A stretch of 64,000 nucleotides of DNA, taken from IMG/VR virus record IMGVR_UViG_2799112923_000001, one strand, 5' to 3'. This document shows, piece by piece, positions 37,719 through 47,966 of this stretch (position 1 is the stretch's first letter; every line of letters begins with the position of its first letter). The stretch is from a virus. Its lineage: Duplodnaviria > Heunggongvirae > Uroviricota > Caudoviricetes. The position numbers and the translations under genes are program-made. The notes under the pieces were generated by a model. It worked only from the letters and a program-made list of their open reading frames with translations. It was not told the origin of the DNA and made no database searches.

Positions 37719-39338
37719 ATGAATAAGACATTTTCATCATTTTTGACCGAAGCAACAGTTAGTGGTGGCGATACATTTAGAGCCTCTACTAAAATTATAG
37801 ATTTTTTATCAAAGAAAATGGGTCAGACCTATGTTAATTTGGATGGGCAAAAATACACCAACAATAGCGGTAGTTATTTTGGTTTCTTGTTTGTAAGCCA
37901 AACAGATAATTCCGCTATCCGTGTTAACTGGGAAGGCAATAAGTTCCATTCTATTAACTTTTGGTTAGATTGGGATTATACCAAAGACCCTTCAAAAGAA
38001 ATTTTCGTAAAAGACGCAGAACCAGGTAAATCTTCATTTGCTAAGTTATTGCCCGATATTGCCGCAGTATTGAAAGATATTAACTCTTTTGACGATGATA
38101 ACGAAGAACAGGCAGAAGATACAGAAACTGAAGATTTGGATGAATCTTTATTGACTGAAAGAAAGATAGAATATGAAGGTCAATTATACGATAACAAATC
38201 CGCATTGGTTGTAAAACTTTACGAAGATGATAAAGATTTACAAGAAATTTCTAATGTAGTTCAATTAAACAAGAAGTATATCAAACACATTCTTGCTAGA
38301 TACTTGTATGGTAAACAGGGTACTGTTAGTGAAATCGCAAATGCTTTGGGTTTGACTAATCAAGAAGTTCGTGAAGCCGTTGGTGCCGAAGATAATGGTG
38401 ATGACACAGAAATCCCACATAGCGAAAAGATTAAGGTTTTGCGTGGTGCTAAAGAAACTGTAGTATTAACAAACTCAATTAAGAAAGGTGAAGAAGTTCT
38501 TGAAAAGACTGAATACGCAGACCCTGACATTGTATTCGATGAAATTGACAGTTATGTAACTATGGCTGCCAAAGAATTATTACCAGCTTTGTTAATTACT
38601 GGACAGGGTGGTATTGGTAAATCTTACAATGTAGAAAAGATTCTTGACCAGTATGGTAAAAGACACGAAACTTGGGAAAGAGTTAAAGGTAAATCTTCTG
38701 CTGCCGCTATGTACAATACATTGTGGTATAACAGAAACAAGATTGTAGTATTTGATGACTGCGATAGTGTTTTGAAAGACCCAGATGCTATTAATGTATT
38801 GAAGGGTGCTTTGGATTCAAGTAATTTCCGAGAAATTTCTTGGGCAACAAAGGGCGAAGGATTAGTTTATACATTAGACCTTGACGATAACGAAGAAATC
38901 GCACAAAGATGCCAGGAATGGTCTCAGGACCACCACGGTAAAGAAGGTATTCCTAACCATTTCATTTTTGAAGGCGAAGTAATCTTTATTTCCAACTTGA
39001 AGAAAGCAGAAATCTATAAGAGAGATTCCGCATTACTAACAAGATGTACCTGTATTGATGTAGTTCTCAGTGCCCAGGGTGTAATGAAACGAATTGAAAC
39101 CGTTCTCCCATACATTAAAGTTTACAAGGCTATGGGTGCTAGAGGTTCCGAAGGAAAAGATATTACAGACGAAGAAATCAAGAAAGAAGTCTTTGAATTT
39201 ATGAATAGTGATGAATTCCTAAAAGACCCTCGTGTTCGTGGAAAAGATTTGAACTTCCGAGTATTTGACCAGCTTTATAAGTTGAGAGTTGGTTTACCTG
39301 ACAAATGGAAGAAATTAGCATATTCTTGTGGAGGTTAA
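37719..39338 (+). CDS. AAA+-type ATPase with putative capsid-targeting N-terminus
   Basis: Starts MNKTFSSFLTE-A; Walker A TGQGGIGKS, Walker B VVFDDCD, LKGALDS. Confidence 0.75.
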   Translation: MNKTFSSFLTEATVSGGDTFRASTKIIDFLSKKMGQTYVNLDGQKYTNNSGSYFGFLFVSQTDNSAIRVNWEGNKFHSINFWLDWDYTKDPSKEIFVKDAEPGKSSFAKLLPDIAAVLKDINSFDDDNEEQAEDTETEDLDESLLTERKIEYEGQLYDNKSALVVKLYEDDKDLQEISNVVQLNKKYIKHILARYLYGKQGTVSEIANALGLTNQEVREAVGAEDNGDDTEIPHSEKIKVLRGAKETVVLTNSIKKGEEVLEKTEYADPDIVFDEIDSYVTMAAKELLPALLITGQGGIGKSYNVEKILDQYGKRHETWERVKGKSSAAAMYNTLWYNRNKIVVFDDCDSVLKDPDAINVLKGALDSSNFREISWATKGEGLVYTLDLDDNEEIAQRCQEWSQDHHGKEGIPNHFIFEGEVIFISNLKKAEIYKRDSALLTRCTCIDVVLSAQGVMKRIETVLPYIKVYKAMGARGSEGKDITDEEIKKEVFEFMNSDEFLKDPRVRGKDLNFRVFDQLYKLRVGLPDKWKKLAYSCGG

Positions 39339-39339
39339 T

Positions 39340-39576
39340 ATGGATATGAACGAAGCAAAATCTGTATTAAAAGATTATGGCTATGAACTAATTGATGAAG
39401 GCTTTTTCGCCGACTCATACACGAAATACAAAAACAAAGTAATGGCTCTAGTCAAGAAATACCGAGTTGATATGGTAAAATACGAAAAAGCCATTGAAGA
39501 CTGGATTAGAGATTATTTTCTTGACAAAATGAGCATTCAAGATTGTGCCTTAGCAATAAGGGATAATTGTAAATAG
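39340..39576 (+). CDS. Small late protein with LxEA..L...GY leader
   Basis: MDMNEAKSVLKDYGYELIDE-G. Confidence 0.7.
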   Translation: MDMNEAKSVLKDYGYELIDEGFFADSYTKYKNKVMALVKKYRVDMVKYEKAIEDWIRDYFLDKMSIQDCALAIRDNCK

Positions 39577-39578
39577 TT

Positions 39579-39644
39579 TGTAAACTAAATTTTACATAAA
39601 AATTCGCAGTTTCTATTGACAGAAACTGCGTTTTTTGTTATATT
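39579..39644 (+). promoter_or_regulatory. Early promoter with operator; -35 in terminator loop
   Basis: TGTAAA-N6-TTTACA 39579-39596, 19-nt gap, TTGACA 39616, N17, TATATT 39639; CGCAGTTTC/GAAACTGCG stem plus T-run. Confidence 0.85.
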
Positions 39645-39676
39645 TACTATGTAAAAAGAAAAAAGAGAGGTAACTT

Positions 39677-40240
39677 ATGGCAATTCTCACTCGCAACAAC
39701 AACACTGAAAACTACACCATTCATTATGCCGGTATGGTAATCAAAGAAATTTGGAAGGATGAAAGGGTCATGAGTGATGTATGGGCTATGTGCCAGTACG
39801 CAGTGGTTTATGACATTATCCAGGACAAGGTTAGTGAGATTTGCGTTCATTGTGATTTTGACGATGCCAAGGATGTTCGTGTGATTCCTGACGCTTCTCC
39901 GGCTCTTGTAGAACAATATAAGAAACATTTGGATAATGAACGTCGCCATCAGGAAGCAGTTCGTTTGGCAGAAGAACACAAGGCTCGTTGGTGCCAGGCA
40001 CACCACATGAATGTTTCTTTGAATGAATACAAGAAGTTGGTTCGTTTGGGTAAAGCCCGATATGATATTCTTTACACTCTTTTGGGAACGAAGAAGTTCC
40101 GCAACCAGTTCCGAGCTGGTCTTGCTCAACAGGTTCGTGATTGGCTCAAGGAAGAAAATCCGAAGTATGCGTCTCCCCTTTCTCCACGCCAGTTTGAATG
40201 TGCGGATAATCGCCCGTATTGGCAACGTCGCTGCTACTAA
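39677..40240 (+). CDS. Hypothetical early protein
   Basis: GAGAGG SD. Confidence 0.7.
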   Translation: MAILTRNNNTENYTIHYAGMVIKEIWKDERVMSDVWAMCQYAVVYDIIQDKVSEICVHCDFDDAKDVRVIPDASPALVEQYKKHLDNERRHQEAVRLAEEHKARWCQAHHMNVSLNEYKKLVRLGKARYDILYTLLGTKKFRNQFRAGLAQQVRDWLKEENPKYASPLSPRQFECADNRPYWQRRCY

Positions 40241-40251
40241 TGGAGGTAATT

Positions 40252-40665
40252 ATGACGATTGAAGAACTTTCCAAATTGAGTGAAAAAGAGATTATCTTGT
40301 TTTTCGCTATGATGACTGACGAAGAGAAGTTGTTCTGGCGTCAGGAACAAATGAACCATGCTATTGAAATTGAACAAAAGAAGCAGGCCGAACAGGAACA
40401 GAAAGATTGGGCATTTGTTGAAGAATGGCGAAATTGGGCAAAGTGTAATTCTGTATTCAATACGCAAGAACGAAAGCTGGGCGAATTGTTCTATGATTTC
40501 AAGCAGCTCGTTATGGAATGTATGAAAATGAACGATGATAAGAACAGTTATAGAGAAAACGATTTCCTTCTAATGAAAGAACTGCGTAAATATATCGTTA
40601 AAGAATGTGAACGATATGGCTGTGAAGCCCAATTACACGATTATATTGTAAAGGAATGTTTATAA
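40252..40665 (+). CDS. Hypothetical protein
   Basis: GGAGG SD. Confidence 0.7.
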   Translation: MTIEELSKLSEKEIILFFAMMTDEEKLFWRQEQMNHAIEIEQKKQAEQEQKDWAFVEEWRNWAKCNSVFNTQERKLGELFYDFKQLVMECMKMNDDKNSYRENDFLLMKELRKYIVKECERYGCEAQLHDYIVKECL

Positions 40666-40685
40666 ACTAAACAAAGGAGAAAAAT

Positions 40686-40895
40686 ATGACTCTTGAAGAT
40701 TACCGACCAATTCTCGTAGTTGCTGCTATTTTGCTAATGGCATTTGAATGTGTAAATGGTCTGTTATGGGCAAAAATGATAGATGAACGCAGATTACCTA
40801 TTGGTTGGGGATGGCGACTTCTTGTTATTCTTTGTACATTGACCCCACTGGGTATTTGGACTATGCTGTTCTTTCCCCTTTCTTTAACTGCGTAA
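40686..40895 (+). CDS. Small 2-TM membrane protein
   Basis: AGGAG SD; two hydrophobic helices. Confidence 0.65.
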   Translation: MTLEDYRPILVVAAILLMAFECVNGLLWAKMIDERRLPIGWGWRLLVILCTLTPLGIWTMLFFPLSLTA

Positions 40896-40981
40896 AAACC
40901 AGATCTAAACAAAACTAATTTATTTCTTATAAGTATTGCCATTTCGGTAATACTTTTTTATTTTAATTCGTTTGGAATTAC

Positions 40982-40989
40982 TATAAATA
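40982..40989 (+). promoter_or_regulatory. T4-type late promoter
   Basis: TATAAATA upstream of AAGGAG SD. Confidence 0.65.
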
Positions 40990-41015
40990 GTATGAAACTC
41001 AATAAAGGAGAAAAA

Positions 41016-44000
41016 ATGAAGAAGCTATTTTTATTATTATTGACAATAGCCACATTTGCGATAGGCGCAGATGTAAAACCATTCGTGTTTAACGATATAG
41101 CACCAGATTCCGCATCACAACAAGCAGAATTTGATTACATGCTCAAATACAAGTTATTCGGTCACGATTACATTACGATTGGTAATGACGTCGTAATTCA
41201 GGATAAATCCGGTTGGAATGGTTCTGCTGGATATATGAAAACCAATGCTCGTTTGAGTTTGGGTGGTCCTGTTCTTGTAACAGGTGATATTACAATGGGT
41301 GACCAGCAAACATTGACAACTGGACCAGTTCGTGCTAACTCAATGACAATGGGGAACGATAACGGTTCTTTCTTTGGTGGAACTTATGTTTTAAATACAG
41401 AACCTTCCGCACAAATTAAGAATATCATTACTCGCTCTGGCGGTCAATATGTAACTTCTTCGGATAGTGTTCCTGCTACACCTGATAATTTGACTATTCC
41501 AACAATTACATGGCCTGATACCATTTCTCAAAGTATTATCTTTGATAACCAGTTAAATGGTGATGTTAAGACCATTGTTGTTCCTGATGGTTCAGGTCAA
41601 TATGACATTTATCTTGATACAATTCAATTTAAGTTAGACCACCAAAAACTTATTATTGAAATGGGTGATGGTGGTAGATTAACTAGAATTTTCGTAAAAC
41701 ACTTTTTGTATCATGACCACGGTCAAATTCAAGTAGTTTATAGAACTGATTCTACAAATTATGAATTATCACAAAAAGAATATCGTGGTAATGTATTGTT
41801 CTATACTGACGAAAGTATTTCTATTGAACATTCCGATAATGCTATTATGCAGGGTACATTGATTTCTACCAAGGAAATTTATCTTGCTTGTAATATCAAT
41901 TTCGCTGGTCAGTTGATTGCTAACCAGTTGAGAATTGGTGATACTTATAATGGTGAAAACTTCCGTTTCGTAAAATTTGACCCTGATACATTGGATTTCC
42001 CTGAATTGAATAAGCAGGGTGGTTTGTATGAAGATAACCAAACTGTTATTATTCCTATTGAGTTGAGTGATACAACAGATATTGATGTATTCTTTACATA
42101 CTGCTTTGATTTGAAAGATGGTGTAACTACTGACGATTTTAACATTCCACCTGCATTCCCAGTATGTGGTGAATCTTCTATCACTACTAAAATTCCTATT
42201 GGTTCAAAAACACCTGTAGATACAATTAAAGTCAATGTTAAGAAAGATACATTGGTGGAACCTAGTGAATATCTAGTATTGCGTATTGATAGTATCAGTG
42301 GTGCAGTATTGCCAAATGGTAAAACCAGTGGTGAATTGAAGATTAAAATTAACGATGCTCCAGTAGGTCATGTTGAATTTGATACAACTGCTACATATCA
42401 GTTCAAAGAAAACGATACTGGTTTCGTTGACACAATTAAGACATTAAATAAGACTGCTACTACACGATTCTATTTGGATAGTTCATTCACTGACAGATAT
42501 ACATTGGATAGTATTACTGGTGTATTGACCCTAGTTGGTGAACCATTAGATTACGAAAAAGCCATTACAGATGTTGTTAAGATTACATTAACTGATACTG
42601 GAAATGTTAGTGTAACACGAAACATTCCAATTACAGTACTTGATGTAAATGAAGCTCCAGTATTGAAAGATACCAATACTACATTACCTGAAAATCTAAT
42701 TCACCCATTTATGGTTGTGAAATTGGTTGCCGAAGATGTAGATACCAAACCTGATTTTACTCAAAACATTTTCACAATGTTAGAAGGTGATACAAGTTTG
42801 TTTAGAGTAGATAGTGATGGTGAAGTTTGGGCAAAGAAAACATTTGACTATGAAACTGACCAAAAGACCCATACAATCAAGGTATTGGTACAGGACAAGA
42901 ATGACCCAACATTGAAAGATAGTGCTATTGTAACAATCAGTATCACTAACTCAAATGACGGTCCAAAATTTGATAAACACGATACAACATTCTATGTTGA
43001 AGAAAACAAACCATTCAAAGATAGTGTAAAAGCCACTGACCAAGATGGAGATAAAATCACATATTCTATTGTTGGTACTGTTCCATTTACCATAGATTCA
43101 AATGGTGTTATTACTTCTACACGAACATTTGACTACGAAAAAGAAAAAGGATTTACATTCAAGGTAGTTGCTAGTGATGGCACAGCAAAAGATACAATGA
43201 ATGTAACAGTTAAGATAAACGATGAAAATGAACCTGTTCATACAAAAGACACAACCTTTACTGTGGAAGAAGGAAAAACTGGTGAAATCGGAAAGGTCAA
43301 AGGAGAAGATGAAGATGGAAAGCCTGTTAAATTTTCTTGCGATGATACTGTGCATTACCATGTCAATCCTAATACTGGTGCTATTGGATTGGTAACACCA
43401 TTTGATTATGAACAAACTAAATCTGACACACTAAAAGTTTTCGTAACTGATGGTGTATTCACAGATACTGCTATCGTAGTAATTAATGTTAAGAATGTAA
43501 ACGAAACACCTGAATTACAACCAAATGATAGTTTAGTTGTACCGGAAAATTGTAAGAGTTGTATAGTTGGTATCATTACCGCTATTGACCCTGACAATGA
43601 CCCAATAACATACAAGATTGTTGAACCTGGTTTCACTATTGACAGTAATGGTGTAATTAAATTGACTGAACCATTGGATTACGAAACCACACCAAAAGTT
43701 ACAATTACAGTTGTAGCCAAAGACCCAAGTGGTGCAAGTGATACAGCCAAATACACAATTACAGTTACTGACATTAACGAACCAGTACATACAAAAGATA
43801 CAACATGTTCTGTAAAAGAAAATTATACAGGAACAGTATGTAAGATTATTGGTACAGACGAAGATAAAACACCAGTCAAATACATTGTGACTGATACAAC
43901 AAATTATTCAATAGATTCTACTGGTTTATTAACCATTAAGAACCCTATTGACTATGAAAAGAAAACAAAAGATACTGTAAAAGTAATCGTCACTGATGGT

Positions 44001-45794
44001 GAATTTTCCGATACTGCTACTGTAATCATTCGTGTTCTTGACGAGGAAGAAATTCCTGAAATCAAGACATGGGATGACGAAAAACCAAAAGATACAGTAA
44101 AGACTAATGACCCAGACCATAAGTTTGAATGGACTTTGTGTGAAGGAGATTCTTGTGAAACAAATAAAGAGTTCCCACACATTAAGAAAGATACAGTAAT
44201 CAAGGTATGTAATGCTAAAAAGACAAAATGCGATTCTATCGTAGTATTGTTCAATGATGCTCCACCTGTTGTAACATTGACAAATGCTAAATCTACAAAT
44301 GCTACTATTGACTATATCACCATTGAAGAACAGAAAGATGACAAAATCTATGTAAACAAGAAAGATAATGAAATCACAGTAACTGTTCGTGATACAGTCC
44401 ATAAGACAGAAAAGAGATTTAACATTGATGTTACATTAGACACTATCAAGACCAAAGATATTAAACTTAAAGAATATAACTATTTGATTGACGAATCCTT
44501 AGCCCAATATACCTCTATTGGTGGTGGATTGGTAGAAGTCAAAGAAGTTATTAAAGATAATGGTACAGAAATTACATTAACCAAGATTGTAGATAAGAAG
44601 GGCAACCCAATAGATACAATTCAAACTGTAACATATACAAAGAAAGTAAATGGCAAGGATGTAGTCATTTCATATAAGACAGATAATTTAACCGGTCAAA
44701 AGATTGGTGATTACGAAGTATCTTATATGATTGATAGTTGTACCAAGATAACATATTTCGTAAATGACGAAAAGAAGATTGTAACCAATAAAGAAGGAAA
44801 CATTGGATATACAATTTCTTATGAATATACTGACGATTTTGGAAACAAAGCAACTGCTAGTGTAGAAATCATTTATGATGACATTCCACCAAAAGTTGAA
44901 ATTCTTGAACCATACAAAATGCAGAAGTTTAACACAAATGCTATTCCAGTTAAATGGACTGTTAATGGTGTTACCCAAGATACATTAACATTACAGAGAT
45001 TGGAAAAGGGTGTAAATTCTGTTATTCGTAGATATGTGGATAAAGCCGGTAACGAAAGTGCCGATACAATAATGGTGATTATGGCTGAAGCCAAAGACAT
45101 TGAGGTTTCTATCGTATATCCTGTAACAGAAATTAACCAGGACAAGGTAGATTCATTCTATTCCGAAGGCAACAAATATAATCCAAAACAACCATATACA
45201 ATTACCACATTAAAGGGTGATGAAAAACCTGACCCAGTAGGAATTGGATTTAAGGTTGATATTGCTTTACCATCAGTAAATCCAACAGGTGGTTTGGCAA
45301 CATTGGATGACATTGTTAAAAACGGAATGATACCAGTTGACGATAAAGGAAACATTGTTGGTGCTTCTACAAAGGGTATTCCAGTAGACAAATATGTTGA
45401 AGAACATTGTACAGAAGAGTTCCAAAACGATTACAGAAAGCACGGTTTGAACATTCCACTATATGATGTAAAATATAATTTACATTTGTGGGTATGGACT
45501 ACAACTGCGAACTATGTAAATGACTACTCAATAGAATATACCCTTAATGACCAGGACGTGGTCAGTGACGCCGGTACTGTACAGATGGTAGTAGATTGGC
45601 TAGCCGATAAGGATGGGGCTGTACGTGCCAAGAATGGGCATGCACTGGGCACAGGCTCATATATCACTAGATTATACAGTAAATCTATCGCAAAACATCG
45701 TTGTGATTACAAGGAACAACGAAAAGGTGATAGAACTGTGAAGAAAGAAGAAGATACTACCATATTTGGTTTCAAGCGACCTATTCGTAAATAA
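41016..45794 (+). CDS. Large secreted cadherin-repeat surface protein (Fibrobacter-like architecture)
   Basis: Signal peptide MKKLFLLLLTIATFAIG; about six cadherin repeats with [LFI]DYE and DxNE motifs; Calx-beta-like segment; no frameshift in 4.8 kb. Confidence 0.8.
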   Translation: MKKLFLLLLTIATFAIGADVKPFVFNDIAPDSASQQAEFDYMLKYKLFGHDYITIGNDVVIQDKSGWNGSAGYMKTNARLSLGGPVLVTGDITMGDQQTLTTGPVRANSMTMGNDNGSFFGGTYVLNTEPSAQIKNIITRSGGQYVTSSDSVPATPDNLTIPTITWPDTISQSIIFDNQLNGDVKTIVVPDGSGQYDIYLDTIQFKLDHQKLIIEMGDGGRLTRIFVKHFLYHDHGQIQVVYRTDSTNYELSQKEYRGNVLFYTDESISIEHSDNAIMQGTLISTKEIYLACNINFAGQLIANQLRIGDTYNGENFRFVKFDPDTLDFPELNKQGGLYEDNQTVIIPIELSDTTDIDVFFTYCFDLKDGVTTDDFNIPPAFPVCGESSITTKIPIGSKTPVDTIKVNVKKDTLVEPSEYLVLRIDSISGAVLPNGKTSGELKIKINDAPVGHVEFDTTATYQFKENDTGFVDTIKTLNKTATTRFYLDSSFTDRYTLDSITGVLTLVGEPLDYEKAITDVVKITLTDTGNVSVTRNIPITVLDVNEAPVLKDTNTTLPENLIHPFMVVKLVAEDVDTKPDFTQNIFTMLEGDTSLFRVDSDGEVWAKKTFDYETDQKTHTIKVLVQDKNDPTLKDSAIVTISITNSNDGPKFDKHDTTFYVEENKPFKDSVKATDQDGDKITYSIVGTVPFTIDSNGVITSTRTFDYEKEKGFTFKVVASDGTAKDTMNVTVKINDENEPVHTKDTTFTVEEGKTGEIGKVKGEDEDGKPVKFSCDDTVHYHVNPNTGAIGLVTPFDYEQTKSDTLKVFVTDGVFTDTAIVVINVKNVNETPELQPNDSLVVPENCKSCIVGIITAIDPDNDPITYKIVEPGFTIDSNGVIKLTEPLDYETTPKVTITVVAKDPSGASDTAKYTITVTDINEPVHTKDTTCSVKENYTGTVCKIIGTDEDKTPVKYIVTDTTNYSIDSTGLLTIKNPIDYEKKTKDTVKVIVTDGEFSDTATVIIRVLDEEEIPEIKTWDDEKPKDTVKTNDPDHKFEWTLCEGDSCETNKEFPHIKKDTVIKVCNAKKTKCDSIVVLFNDAPPVVTLTNAKSTNATIDYITIEEQKDDKIYVNKKDNEITVTVRDTVHKTEKRFNIDVTLDTIKTKDIKLKEYNYLIDESLAQYTSIGGGLVEVKEVIKDNGTEITLTKIVDKKGNPIDTIQTVTYTKKVNGKDVVISYKTDNLTGQKIGDYEVSYMIDSCTKITYFVNDEKKIVTNKEGNIGYTISYEYTDDFGNKATASVEIIYDDIPPKVEILEPYKMQKFNTNAIPVKWTVNGVTQDTLTLQRLEKGVNSVIRRYVDKAGNESADTIMVIMAEAKDIEVSIVYPVTEINQDKVDSFYSEGNKYNPKQPYTITTLKGDEKPDPVGIGFKVDIALPSVNPTGGLATLDDIVKNGMIPVDDKGNIVGASTKGIPVDKYVEEHCTEEFQNDYRKHGLNIPLYDVKYNLHLWVWTTTANYVNDYSIEYTLNDQDVVSDAGTVQMVVDWLADKDGAVRAKNGHALGTGSYITRLYSKSIAKHRCDYKEQRKGDRTVKKEEDTTIFGFKRPIRK

Positions 45795-45818
45795 TTCTTT
45801 ACAAATACCCCAGTTTCA

Positions 45819-45856
45819 AAAAACGAGAATCTTTTATGGTTCTCGTTTTTCTTTTT
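45819..45856 (+). terminator. Intrinsic terminator
   Basis: AAAAACGAGAAT/GTTCTCGTTTTT plus T-run. Confidence 0.75.
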
Positions 45857-46020
45857 ATATTTGGAATATACATAAACGAAATGATTATGGATAAAATAAT
45901 TTCGGTCAGTTCCCAAAAATGAAAATTTTTAGAACACCCAAAAAATAATTCTATATTTTAGACATAATCAAAAACGATTATACAAAAACACTAAACAAAC
46001 ATTTAACAAGGAGTAATACT

Positions 46021-46299
46021 ATGTTTAGTAATTATGTATTGAATACAAACGATGGCCTTACATACAAGGTAACCAGTAACACAATCCAGTCCCGCAATCG
46101 TATGCAGGTCACTGGCACTACAGTAAAGAATGTTCGTCATGTTCAGGTCGCAAAGAATTCCCTTCGTGCCTTGACAGATTTTGAAGCATCTATCTGTATG
46201 ACTGCTGAACAAATTCTTCGTAATAAGAAGGCTATGAGCGAAGCTGAATCTACCATTGTCCAGCTTTCTCGTTTACTCAAAAAGAAGGTAATGGCATAA
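46021..46299 (+). CDS. Hypothetical protein
   Basis: AAGGAG SD. Confidence 0.7.
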   Translation: MFSNYVLNTNDGLTYKVTSNTIQSRNRMQVTGTTVKNVRHVQVAKNSLRALTDFEASICMTAEQILRNKKAMSEAESTIVQLSRLLKKKVMA

Positions 46300-46301
46300 A
46301 T

Positions 46302-46505
46302 ATGAACATTTGGCGTATTACGAAGTATCGTTGCGACCAAAATGGTGTTCCTTATGGCGACCCCATTCAATCCTTGTGCTACACACAGGAATTGATGGAG
46401 TCCTATAAGAACCCAAAATTTGTTATTAAGATTGAAGAAGAAGTCGCAAAGAATCAATATAAAGTAATTTGGACTAAGGAAAACGGAAATGAGAGCAACG
46501 GGTAA
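46302..46505 (+). CDS. Hypothetical protein
   Basis: Coupled short ORF. Confidence 0.55.
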   Translation: MNIWRITKYRCDQNGVPYGDPIQSLCYTQELMESYKNPKFVIKIEEEVAKNQYKVIWTKENGNESNG

Positions 46506-46800
46506 TAAAGTATTTCTTCAGCGTGAAGAAAAGAAATCAGCTGCCGGTATCATTACACCATTGACAAAGCAAGGGTTGGCTATTTTCAAGGTAGCAGCCG
46601 TTGGACCTGGTGAATGGAATGTATTTACTGGTGAACTAATCCCAATGAATGTAAAAGTTGGTGATAGAGTTGTAGCTGATGTTACAACAGCACCTGAAAT
46701 CATCATTACCAATAAGAAGAATGGTACAAAAATCAAGTACAATGTTGTTCCTGAAAGCAGCATTGAAATGATTATTGACGATGACGAAGATGTACAATAA
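46489..46800 (+). CDS. groES: GroES-like co-chaperonin, copy 1
   Basis: NKVFL, SAAGIITP, VAAVGPG, MNVKVGDRV. Confidence 0.75.
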   Translation: MRATGNKVFLQREEKKSAAGIITPLTKQGLAIFKVAAVGPGEWNVFTGELIPMNVKVGDRVVADVTTAPEIIITNKKNGTKIKYNVVPESSIEMIIDDDEDVQ

Positions 46801-46816
46801 ACCAGTGAGGTGTTAA

Positions 46817-47119
46817 ATGAAGCTACTTGATGATAAAATGATTTTGCGTAATTTAACTACTCAAACTGCTGGTGGGTTGTATATCCCAGGAATCGTTCAA
46901 ATTGCTTACTCAATGTTTGAAATTGTTGAACTTGGCGAAGGTCATTTTGACAAACGCATTGGGAAAGTAAAACCATTACCAAAAGGATTAAAAGTAGGCG
47001 ACCGAGTATTAGTGAATGTTGGTGTATTAAAGCCAATTAAATACAAAGGTGAAAAACTTTATGTATGCCCTAATGCTGAAGAAGCCATTTTAATTCTTGA
47101 CGATGACGAAACACTATAA
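46817..47119 (+). CDS. groES: GroES-like co-chaperonin, copy 2
   Basis: MKLLDDKMIL, QTAGGLYIP, IVELGEG, LKVGDRVL, YKGEKLY. Confidence 0.75.
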   Translation: MKLLDDKMILRNLTTQTAGGLYIPGIVQIAYSMFEIVELGEGHFDKRIGKVKPLPKGLKVGDRVLVNVGVLKPIKYKGEKLYVCPNAEEAILILDDDETL

Positions 47120-47135
47120 GAAGGAGTAAGTATAA

Positions 47136-47462
47136 ATGAAAATGAATTGGAAAATAGCCTTAGCAACATTTGGCTCAATCTTTCTTTATACTTACATTCT
47201 TGCCTGTTTCGGCCTTGCTGGACCAGACATTCAAACCTTAGCACTACATGCTGGTGTTATTGGTTTGAAGTATGGTCTTCTTTTATTTGGATTAGTATTG
47301 TTCGCTATATTGCCATACCGAGTAAGTCAGGCATTGGAAAAACGCAAACAAACTAAATATGATATAGAATCAGATAGAAAGATTGTAGAAGCTGCTAGAA
47401 AGAAAAAAGCTGAACAAGATAAAATCATGAAAGAATTTATTAAGAATGAGGACACTATCTAA
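47136..47462 (+). CDS. Membrane protein (2 TM plus charged tail)
   Basis: GGAG SD; hydrophobic segments. Confidence 0.65.
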   Translation: MKMNWKIALATFGSIFLYTYILACFGLAGPDIQTLALHAGVIGLKYGLLLFGLVLFAILPYRVSQALEKRKQTKYDIESDRKIVEAARKKKAEQDKIMKEFIKNEDTI

Positions 47463-47887
47463 TGGCTCAGACGCTTGAAGAAGAAGTTAACACACCAAAG
47501 CATTATCGCACACACGAAAGTGGGCTAGAAGCTATTGAAATTACACGCTGGCTCATTGGTGATTTATCTAATGCTTGGAAATATGCTATGCGTTACGAAG
47601 ATAAAAGTACCCCAAAGAAAGATGTTATGAAACTTTGTTGGTATTTGAATGACTTCCATAAGCATTTTATCAATATGAATAATGAAGTTACCAATACAAC
47701 ATTAAACGATTTACCAAGTTATGTTATTTCGGATATGTTGAAGGTAATTGATAACGAACCAGTACCCCAAATCAAAGAAGTATTCAAACAAATTCTTACT
47801 TTGTATGAATGCAAAGGTATTTTAATTCCTTCCGATTGGAATAAAATGCTCGCTGATTTGGCAAGTTACGCAGACACATTATCTTAA
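47462..47887 (+). CDS. DUF3310-like protein
   Basis: VNTPKHY, EAIEI, NAWKYAMRYEDK...D..K..WYL. Confidence 0.75.
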   Translation: MAQTLEEEVNTPKHYRTHESGLEAIEITRWLIGDLSNAWKYAMRYEDKSTPKKDVMKLCWYLNDFHKHFINMNNEVTNTTLNDLPSYVISDMLKVIDNEPVPQIKEVFKQILTLYECKGILIPSDWNKMLADLASYADTLS

Positions 47888-47966
47888 CCAAAATGTATTG
47901 ACAATGAAAAACATTGTAAATATATTTTAACACATAAAAATACAAAATAAACAAAAGGAAAATATC

